In this document: in pieces, positions 18,253 through 25,192 of the stretch | Layout: every line of letters starts with the position of its first letter | Numbering within the stretch: position 1 is the first letter of the stretch | Virus record (IMG/VR): IMGVR_UViG_3300026105_000260 | Span: 1-25,525 of that record | Direction: 5' to 3' (one strand) | Length of the DNA: 25,525 bases | From: a virus | Lineage: Duplodnaviria > Caudoviricetes | Translations under genes and position numbers: made by a program | Notes under the pieces: generated by a model | The model's database searches: none | What the model was told of the DNA's origin: nothing | What the model saw: only the letters and a program-made list of their open reading frames with translations

Positions 18253-18860
18253 AGAATGTATGTATAATAGGCCATTCTAAGGGTCTTGGCAAATTTGTAA
18301 GTGAAAAAATGAATGAATCTTATAATGTACTAGGATTGTCAAGGCATAACGGCTACGATATCACTCGCAATACAGATGAAATAATTAACTTAGCAAAAAA
18401 ATCTCATATATTATTTGTAAATGCATATAGTCCGATGTACCAAACTGATATAATTAAATCATGCATTAATTATGTAGATAAGATTATTGTATCAGGATCT
18501 CTAGCAGGTTATTTTGAAAAAATAATTCCTGGAGAATATGCTAAAGAAAAAAAGATGCTAAGGAAGTATTGTAATTTAAAATCATTAGATACAAATTGCA
18601 CCACAGATATCCTACATCTAAACTTATCATGTATAGAGGGTAACAATGTAAATCTTGACAATCCTAATGCTATTAAGTGTGATTATGAAATAACATTTGA
18701 TGAGATCTATGAAGTAATTAAATTTTGGATAGCCAATCCATGCTTTTCAGAAATAACGTTTAACTTTAAGATAACTGATCTATTTGTTTCTCAAGTCAAA
18801 GATAAAATTGGTACCCAACAAGAAATAGAACATCTAATGGAAAAAATTAATTCCATTTAG
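18249..18860 (+). CDS. minimal SDR-like protein
   Basis: IIGHSKGLG, GLSRHNGYDI, FVNA, VSGS, YAKEK (YxxxK); paralog of 15599-16069. Confidence 0.7.
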   Translation: MKNVCIIGHSKGLGKFVSEKMNESYNVLGLSRHNGYDITRNTDEIINLAKKSHILFVNAYSPMYQTDIIKSCINYVDKIIVSGSLAGYFEKIIPGEYAKEKKMLRKYCNLKSLDTNCTTDILHLNLSCIEGNNVNLDNPNAIKCDYEITFDEIYEVIKFWIANPCFSEITFNFKITDLFVSQVKDKIGTQQEIEHLMEKINSI

Positions 18861-19407
18861 GATATTTTTCTAAATCCGTTAAGAATTCTTTTGGGTAAAT
18901 CTCCCACACAGTCTGATTTATGTCTCGATAAAATATCTGTTTTACTTTTCTTGCAAGGTTTTTCTTTTCTAGCGTAGGAAAGTAGTATTTATGGACTAGT
19001 TTTTGGCTAGCATCTGTGCTTTCGTTGCTAGTTGCAAACATTCTATTATTACTCCCTACCCATTCGACGCACTTTGGAACAAAAAATTGATCAGTAAAAT
19101 TTTGATGCTCGGCAACCAGTTTTTTTGGCGTAATTAATCCTTTTAATGGTGAATATTCAGCAAACGAACAGGTTCTAGTTAATATTCTATATGATTTCTC
19201 TCCCATTACGTCAAAAAAAGAATGTGCTGCTACAGAACCAATTGCCTTGTTATTATAATACAATATCCAAGCATTCCATATAGGTTCATTTCTAAAGCAA
19301 TCAATCATTCTTTTTTGACTAGAATTATTTACAAATCCCTTTCTTAGAGATTCTTTGTAAAAATCAGTTAGATCTAATTCTTCATTCCATTCTTTTAATT
19401 CAAACAT
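18847..19407 (-). CDS. GNAT-fold (acetyltransferase-like) protein
   Basis: WILYYNNKAIGSVAAH, YRILTRTC, ATSNES..ASQ follow the GNAT beta2-beta5 layout; canonical acetyl-CoA loop not evident. Confidence 0.45.
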   Translation of the reverse strand: MFELKEWNEELDLTDFYKESLRKGFVNNSSQKRMIDCFRNEPIWNAWILYYNNKAIGSVAAHSFFDVMGEKSYRILTRTCSFAEYSPLKGLITPKKLVAEHQNFTDQFFVPKCVEWVGSNNRMFATSNESTDASQKLVHKYYFPTLEKKNLARKVKQIFYRDINQTVWEIYPKEFLTDLEKYPKWN

Positions 19408-20092
19408 TGTAAATTTTCTTTGCTTTTTCCATTGTAGTTACCGGAAAGTCTGATTTAAAAGTTTCAAATGCTAGTTCTTGTATTTTGCTCAATGCAGTGC
19501 ATTCTTGTGGATCAATATCGAGAGATTTCATTAAAGGATATAATTTTTTTAATCTGTCGCTGCTAATATGACTGAAAACTTCTTGTAGTCTTAGATCTTT
19601 CTCATGCGAATCGTAACAAAAAAAATAATTTATGCTTTTGAGTTCGCCCCGAACGATAAAATAACTAGAAGGATGCAAACTATATTTGTATATTCCAAGA
19701 TCTCTGTGTGCTCGAAATATTTTTAACATTTGATCTTCCCAGTCTGGTAATACGTTTAAAAAATTATAGAAACTGTGATTTGATTTTTCCCAGAAGTCAT
19801 TGTCTTCTATTTGTAGAAAGATTTTTCTTTCTTTATAATCTATTTCTTCAATTTTAGGAATCAGATTAGGAAAGTTTTCTGACATCTGAGTAAGAAATTT
19901 AATTTCTCTTGACCATTTTTCGACCATTAGATCTTCATCTACAACTTCATTCTGTCCTTGGTGATAAACTTCGTCGTTATAATACCACTGACAAAATGTT
20001 TTACGATCTTTACTAATTAGACTGGTATAGATTAGATTATTTCTACACAACCCTTTTTTAGGTACATTATTGTAGTAGTATTCAAATTGCAT
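19400..20092 (-). CDS. protein-kinase-like fold protein with degenerate catalytic motifs
   Basis: WSREIKFL, LIPKIEEID, HRDLGIYKYSLHPSS, KSINYF; paralog of 14901-15602. GAGGT SD upstream. Confidence 0.5.
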   Translation of the reverse strand: MQFEYYYNNVPKKGLCRNNLIYTSLISKDRKTFCQWYYNDEVYHQGQNEVVDEDLMVEKWSREIKFLTQMSENFPNLIPKIEEIDYKERKIFLQIEDNDFWEKSNHSFYNFLNVLPDWEDQMLKIFRAHRDLGIYKYSLHPSSYFIVRGELKSINYFFCYDSHEKDLRLQEVFSHISSDRLKKLYPLMKSLDIDPQECTALSKIQELAFETFKSDFPVTTMEKAKKIYNV

Positions 20093-20114
20093 TCATGAAT
20101 TACCTCTCTGGGGG

Positions 20115-20131
20115 TATTTAAGTGTTAAATA
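20115..20131. promoter_or_regulatory. palindromic back-to-back late-promoter-like boxes TATTTAA-gtg-TTAAATA
   Basis: 7-bp inverted repeat gives TTAAATA on both strands between divergent genes. SDs follow on each side: AGGAG 20141-20145 and GAGGT on minus at 20102-20106. Confidence 0.65.
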
Positions 20132-20153
20132 ATTTATAATAGGAGAAATTGAA

Positions 20154-20966
20154 ATGAGAGGAATCGGCGGCCGTCCGTATATAAATCTAGACAAGTTCTT
20201 AGATATTGACGGATTTACAAAATTACATCCACAAATTGCAAAGGGAATGGCATTAGCAAAAGACTATGCTAAAGAAGGAACGTGGATGGCGCCGGGATTT
20301 GATTGGAATCAAGCCAGTTATATAATAGATTGGAAACCGATTTATAAAGCCTGGGAAGAATATCAAGCGTTACCCGATGAACACCCTATAAAAATTACAG
20401 GAAACGAAATACTTCCTAATAACTTTGGTGATTATAAACAAAGAAATATCTTTACAAGGTATTTAAAATCTACTCTAGGAGCAAATGATCCCTACAATTA
20501 TTACTTTTTATGGGAAGAGGGTGATTGGAATGCTAGAAATGCAAAAAGAGAACCCACTTACGAATCTAGATATTTTCCTGGGCTAGTAAACTGGGTGTAT
20601 AATCTTCTTGAAGAAAATATTATAGAACAAATCGGACGAGTGATCATATTTCATTGCGACCATAATGGCAAGGCATTTGAACATCGAGATCTAGATAGAA
20701 AAAACGGTGTGTTTGAGAATGATTTTTATACCGATCATAAAAACGAGTTTATACACATACGGCCTAGGACAAAGCGTGGTTTCTACATCTGGGACCCCGA
20801 AGAACAGAACAAGTATTATCTAAACTGTCATGCAGCATTCTGGAATGATCAAGATTGGCATGGCGGCGAAAGTTCTAAGGAGCAGGAATACGGTATTAGG
20901 ATAGACTGTGTTTTCACCAATGATTTTAGAGAAAAACTAGGAATATCTCACTTAGACTATTATTAA
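20154..20966 (+). CDS. putative 2OG-Fe(II) oxygenase-like protein
   Basis: IGRVIIF...FEHRD (HxD), FWNDQDWHGG (distal His), YGIRID; strong SD. Confidence 0.55.
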   Translation: MRGIGGRPYINLDKFLDIDGFTKLHPQIAKGMALAKDYAKEGTWMAPGFDWNQASYIIDWKPIYKAWEEYQALPDEHPIKITGNEILPNNFGDYKQRNIFTRYLKSTLGANDPYNYYFLWEEGDWNARNAKREPTYESRYFPGLVNWVYNLLEENIIEQIGRVIIFHCDHNGKAFEHRDLDRKNGVFENDFYTDHKNEFIHIRPRTKRGFYIWDPEEQNKYYLNCHAAFWNDQDWHGGESSKEQEYGIRIDCVFTNDFREKLGISHLDYY

Positions 20967-22057
20967 TGTCGTATTGCAACGCACCGTGGAAAAGAAAATT
21001 TATTGAGGCGTCGGGAGACGAATATCCTTGTTGTCAGTATGATCGCACTTTGCCTTATGACAGTAAAATAGTAAAATCTTTAATGCTACAGTCGGAAAAA
21101 GTTCCTGGTTGTCATAAATGCGACACACAAGAAAAAGGCGGAGAACGGTCGCTTCGAAAATATTACAATTCACTGTATGGCAAAGTTTATAATGAAAATA
21201 TAACAGATGTTGAAATTGCTTTAGATAACATTTGTAATCTCAAATGTTTAACATGTTTTAGTAGAGCCAGCCATAAAATATTCGAACGTGAAAAAAGGAT
21301 ATTTGGAGCAACGGCAAGTCCTACTAAACTTCTTCAAAACCGAAATTATTTAAGTATTAACTGGAGTAATGTTCGTAATTTGCACATTTATGGCGGAGAA
21401 CCTTTTTATTCTACTGCTTTAAAAGATTTAATAGAGCACATTAAACAATTTGTAGATCTAAATAATTTACATGTGTCTGCATCTACAAATGCAACATTAC
21501 TACCAAACGACGACGTCTTTATTTTCCTAAAAAATACTAAATCTGTTTATCTAAATTTAAGTATTGATGCATATGGCGATTTAAACGATTTTATAAGAGA
21601 CGGTTGTAAATGGGAAGAGATTGAAAAAAATTTGCATAAATGGCATGACATTATTTTATTACATCCGCATATTAAGATTTGTGTTTTTTCTACAATATCA
21701 ATTTACAATGCCAATCGATACTATATTTTAAAAAAATATATAAGTCAGAACTTTCCTAGATTTGAAATTAATTTTCAGAATCTTCAGTTTCCGGAATGGC
21801 AATGTATAGCAAACACTCCCGAATCATTCAAAGACCTACTTAAAAGATCAAGTAATACCGAAGAAAAAATTCTTAATTTTTTAGAGATTAAACAGAAGGA
21901 TTATTTTGAAGAATTTGTATATTTTACATACAACACAAAGGGCATTGATGTTCTTAAACAGGTTAATCCTGAATTATATAATTTTATGAAAAATTATAAA
22001 ATAAAGGACTGTACAGGATTTTTTCGGAATAAAATTAATGAATATAAAAGTGATTAG
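20966..22057 (+). CDS. radical SAM protein with N-terminal Twitch domain
   Basis: CNAPW...GDEYPCC...CHKC, then CNLKCLTC, YGGEP, STNA, LSIDA, FIRDG. Confidence 0.92.
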   Translation: MSYCNAPWKRKFIEASGDEYPCCQYDRTLPYDSKIVKSLMLQSEKVPGCHKCDTQEKGGERSLRKYYNSLYGKVYNENITDVEIALDNICNLKCLTCFSRASHKIFEREKRIFGATASPTKLLQNRNYLSINWSNVRNLHIYGGEPFYSTALKDLIEHIKQFVDLNNLHVSASTNATLLPNDDVFIFLKNTKSVYLNLSIDAYGDLNDFIRDGCKWEEIEKNLHKWHDIILLHPHIKICVFSTISIYNANRYYILKKYISQNFPRFEINFQNLQFPEWQCIANTPESFKDLLKRSSNTEEKILNFLEIKQKDYFEEFVYFTYNTKGIDVLKQVNPELYNFMKNYKIKDCTGFFRNKINEYKSD

Positions 22058-22066
22058 GAAACCAAA

Positions 22067-22564
22067 ATGAAATATTTAGATAACTACCGAGATTGGATAG
22101 ATTATAATTGGGTTAAGTACGTAAAAAATAATGAAGGTAAACCATTCCCAAAAGGTCAAACTGCTGTTGATAATTATGAAAGTGAGGAATTTAAAACTGC
22201 TGCAAAAGCCGGATACGATTTAAACAATATAATGTGGTATGTATTTGAAAAAGATAATTCGCCATTTGATATTAAACCTTCATGGACAGAAAAACGTTGT
22301 TCTTGGTGGATTACTAAACTGAATCCAGGACAATACATGCCAATGCATGTAGATCCGTTCACTAATTACAAAGATTGTAATAGATACTGGATGCCATTAA
22401 CAGATTATCAACCTGGGCATATTTTTATATACAAAGACACTTTTATAAGCCACTATAAGATTGGAGATTTGTATAAGTATGACATCTCTACAGAAATACA
22501 CGGCGCCGCAAATATAGGTCATACTGTTAGAATAATATTACAGATTACTGAATTTTTAGATTAG
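22067..22564 (+). CDS. putative 2OG-Fe(II) oxygenase
   Basis: WWITKLNPGQYMPMHVD (HxD), GHIF, IHGAANIG..VRIILQ; paralog of ORFs 16073 and 16678. Confidence 0.72.
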   Translation: MKYLDNYRDWIDYNWVKYVKNNEGKPFPKGQTAVDNYESEEFKTAAKAGYDLNNIMWYVFEKDNSPFDIKPSWTEKRCSWWITKLNPGQYMPMHVDPFTNYKDCNRYWMPLTDYQPGHIFIYKDTFISHYKIGDLYKYDISTEIHGAANIGHTVRIILQITEFLD

Positions 22565-23676
22565 GAAATAGGTATCCAATCTGTTCCGTTATATCCGACA
22601 AATTGACTGTTAGTAGAGTCGAATATTATCCAACCAGATTCTGGATTATCAGGAAAAGAAGTATCGTCGTATGATGTTGCTTTTATAATAGGAGCGGTGA
22701 ACACTCCTTTAGCGTTATAACTCATTTCTCGACCTGTATTTACAGAATCCGTAGAACCGTCGTTTGTAAAGAAATTAATTTTTCCAGGCACAGATTTAGA
22801 TGTAGGAATTGTACCGTCGGCAGTGATAGTGATAAGTCCTGCGTCTACATAAGAATCTGTGTGGAATCCTCTTGAGATGATACCAACTAAAAGACTGTTG
22901 TCTTCGATAGTTTCAGGCGTGTCTATGTCTCCCTTGAATGATTCGAATTGTATTCCGCATCTTGTATTATCGTCCCCGAATGTTTCTCCTCTCTGTTGTA
23001 TTGCTATCGAATCCGGATCATAAACCTCTATAGTAGAGTTAAAAGTAATAAATCCGCCACCTAGTATCTCATTACCTGTTATAGTTAAACTATTTGCAAT
23101 TACATCACTTGTGTCTTTATCTATAATCAGTGTGCTATCTGTTGAATAAACAGAACCAGTTAGGTTGCCTTCGATATTTTCTACAAAAATAGAATTTAAA
23201 TCTGCATCAAAAATTGTTGTGCTATCATCTAGTTCGATAGTCTTAATCTGTAGACTATTTGCGGTTAATTCTCCATCTACCGCTACGTCCTCAAAATATC
23301 CTTTACGCCAATAAAAGTCACTAGACCCTAGATCATACAATCCATCTGTATCAGGAATTAAACTAGATCCTATTACACCTCCAACAATTATGTTGTCTTC
23401 AGAACCGTCGCCTAGGTTAATACTTCCGGTAGCGGTAATTGTACCGTCTATGTTGATATTACCTGTGCCAACAATACTGTTGTTGTTCAAGTCTAGATTA
23501 CCACCCAAACTAGGCGAATCGTCGTCAGACAAAGAAGCAGAAACTAACAGTCCGCCTTGAGTAGTGCCGTTTCCTACATATACCTTTCCGGTGTCGGTGA
23601 CAAAAAGAGGTTCACCTGCTTTAGGGGTTATGCTCTGTCTTTCTGCGTCAGTGCCACGACGAAATTGAAATGCCAT
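22561..23676 (-). CDS. phage tail-fibre/virion structural protein with Mtd_N (major tropism determinant N-terminal)-like domain
   Basis: MAFQFRRGT...AGEPLFVTDTGKVYVGNG; fibre-type motifs SPSLGGNLDLN and LIPDTDGLYDLGS; C-terminal GWIIFDST..FVGYNGTDW. AGGAG SD at 23684-23688 supports ATG 23676 over TTG 23679. Confidence 0.75.
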   Translation of the reverse strand: MAFQFRRGTDAERQSITPKAGEPLFVTDTGKVYVGNGTTQGGLLVSASLSDDDSPSLGGNLDLNNNSIVGTGNINIDGTITATGSINLGDGSEDNIIVGGVIGSSLIPDTDGLYDLGSSDFYWRKGYFEDVAVDGELTANSLQIKTIELDDSTTIFDADLNSIFVENIEGNLTGSVYSTDSTLIIDKDTSDVIANSLTITGNEILGGGFITFNSTIEVYDPDSIAIQQRGETFGDDNTRCGIQFESFKGDIDTPETIEDNSLLVGIISRGFHTDSYVDAGLITITADGTIPTSKSVPGKINFFTNDGSTDSVNTGREMSYNAKGVFTAPIIKATSYDDTSFPDNPESGWIIFDSTNSQFVGYNGTDWIPIS

Positions 23677-23706
23677 CAATTTACTCCTAGATTAATCTTA
23701 CTAAAG

Positions 23707-23714
23707 TATTTATC
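23707..23714 (-). promoter_or_regulatory. late-promoter-like box GATAAATA upstream of fibre gene
   Basis: TATTTATC on the + strand in the intergenic gap, upstream of the SD. Confidence 0.6.
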
Positions 23715-23729
23715 AATCTAGTCGATATA

Positions 23730-24032
23730 CTATCTTCGCTTTTTCATAAACAGATGAGTACGCTTAGAGATGTCTTGTTTGACCTTTTCTGTGTTTAAAC
23801 GAAAGTCAATATGAACTATTGAATCTTCATAGGTCTCAAAGAGGTCGGCAATAGAAGCCTCTAGGTCGTACAGACCTTCTTCTTTGGTAAGGTCAATGTC
23901 CCAGGTTATGCCATCTTCAAAAGATATTCTAACAGAATGAAGATAATCTACTGGGACAACTTCGACTTCTACATCTTCAAAAACCTCTGGCCAATAATCA
24001 ATAACCTCCGGCGGAAGTTTTTTACTGGCCAC
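23730..24032 (-). CDS. hypothetical phage protein (acidic)
   Basis: 100-aa ORF with an 11-nt overlap to the upstream gene; WPEVF...P.DYLHSV motif. Confidence 0.75.
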   Translation of the reverse strand: MASKKLPPEVIDYWPEVFEDVEVEVVPVDYLHSVRISFEDGITWDIDLTKEEGLYDLEASIADLFETYEDSIVHIDFRLNTEKVKQDISKRTHLFMKKRR

Positions 24033-24633
24033 TTGCTGCTTTGGTCTTTTTCTTTGTAGGAGACAGTTCTTCTGCCTGCTCTCTCAGTGCCTTTGCTTCT
24101 TTGTAAAGACGATCTGCGTCACTGCGGTACTTGGCAGCAATTTCTTCATCTGTCAAAGCACCTTGTGTACTTACAGGTTCGGCTTGAGGAGCATCATAGT
24201 CCACGGTTTCTAGTGTAGTTTCGCGTTGATTGTCAACAGGCTGGTCACCACCACTGATAGCAAGATCCTCTACAGACACGCCTTTCTGCTCTGCAATCTG
24301 TTGATTGAGTTCGTTAAGCGGAATAGCAGTGTTGCGATCAGGTACCATTTCTACTTCGTTAGTAGCAACCTTCATCATCCTACCTGTAGTATGAAAACCA
24401 GCAAGCATGTTTCTACCGTCTGGTAACTGTGTACGAGCCATTGCCTCGGCAAATTCTGTTGCATTCTGTCCTGTGTGACTTTCTACACACTTCATTAGCG
24501 CATCGTGCTCGTCAGCCATTAGATTTTCTGTAGTAACTACGATGCAGGATTCAGCATCACCTGGCACTGTGCGATAAGCAATTACGACCTTTCTCTGATT
24601 GTTCTTGATTCTACCTACATGCTTAAGAGCCAT
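24022..24633 (-). CDS. hypothetical phage protein
   Basis: 203 aa; globular N-terminus (KHVGR...VIAYRTVPG), acidic linker, C-terminal coiled coil and basic tail; TAATG coupling to the upstream gene. Confidence 0.8.
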   Translation of the reverse strand: MALKHVGRIKNNQRKVVIAYRTVPGDAESCIVVTTENLMADEHDALMKCVESHTGQNATEFAEAMARTQLPDGRNMLAGFHTTGRMMKVATNEVEMVPDRNTAIPLNELNQQIAEQKGVSVEDLAISGGDQPVDNQRETTLETVDYDAPQAEPVSTQGALTDEEIAAKYRSDADRLYKEAKALREQAEELSPTKKKTKAASGQ

Positions 24634-24869
24634 TAGGATTCTCCTTGTGCCTCCTGCTGCTGTGATACAGCGGCTAGGAATGTTTCTAGTTTTGTGTATG
24701 TTTGTCCCACAGTCATCATTTCGTTAGGCTTAAATGCGCCTCTCTGACTTGCGACATCAATAATCTGCTTAATAGCGTTAAGATCCTGTACTGTTAGTTC
24801 AGCGCCGGACTCTTGTGGTGCTTCTGCAGCAGCAGTTTCTTCAACCTGACTGGTTTCTTCTTTCGCCAT
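24633..24869 (-). CDS. small hypothetical phage protein
   Basis: 78 aa; strong AGGAGG SD at 24875-24880; helical core LTVQDL..IIDVASQRGAF. Confidence 0.8.
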   Translation of the reverse strand: MAKEETSQVEETAAAEAPQESGAELTVQDLNAIKQIIDVASQRGAFKPNEMMTVGQTYTKLETFLAAVSQQQEAQGES

Positions 24870-24895
24870 CGTTTCCTCCTATAATGTGCGTGTTT

Positions 24896-24901
24896 TATTT
24901 A
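24896..24901 (-). promoter_or_regulatory. late-promoter-like box TAAATA
   Basis: Lies immediately after the stop of ORF 24902 and upstream of the AGGAGG SD. Confidence 0.5.
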
Positions 24902-25192
24902 CTAATACTTTAGATAAGGGCAACCCAAAGTGAATATGGATAGTTCTTTTGGATCTTCAAATCCGATTTTTATTACTTTTTGTGGTTTATTATGTTGATT
25001 CAGTTCATGGATAGCGCCTACATAGAATCTACCTTTAAGATTCTGTGTAATCCACTTTATAATCGTTTGTTCTAGATTGTATCGTCGCATTTCTATGGTA
25101 ACGTATTCAAAGTGCGGCGCAGGCACTTCGCATTGACGAATACCATAGAAGTTTAAGGGATTAATTTTGCGTGGTTTATACCTAGTCGTCAT
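24902..25192 (-). CDS. hypothetical phage protein
   Basis: 96-aa ORF with 11-nt overlap; WI..NLKGRFY and IGFEDPKELSIF motifs. Confidence 0.75.
   Translation of the reverse strand: MTTRYKPRKINPLNFYGIRQCEVPAPHFEYVTIEMRRYNLEQTIIKWITQNLKGRFYVGAIHELNQHNKPQKVIKIGFEDPKELSIFTLGCPYLKY

Noticed and set aside
1189-22057. Naming the radical SAMs moaA, pqqE, nirJ or anSME
   Set aside because: Partner genes (moaC, pqqA-D, sulfatase) and family hallmarks such as the MoaA C-terminal GG are absent; only superfamily-level calls are supportable.
1-22564. Classical RiPP gene cluster
   Set aside because: No convincing precursor peptide, RRE/PqqD domain, peptidase or exporter is seen in the window.
22561-23676. 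Diversity-generating retroelement implied by the Mtd-like domain
   Set aside because: Only the N-terminal Mtd_N-like segment matches; no reverse transcriptase or TR/VR repeat pair is seen.
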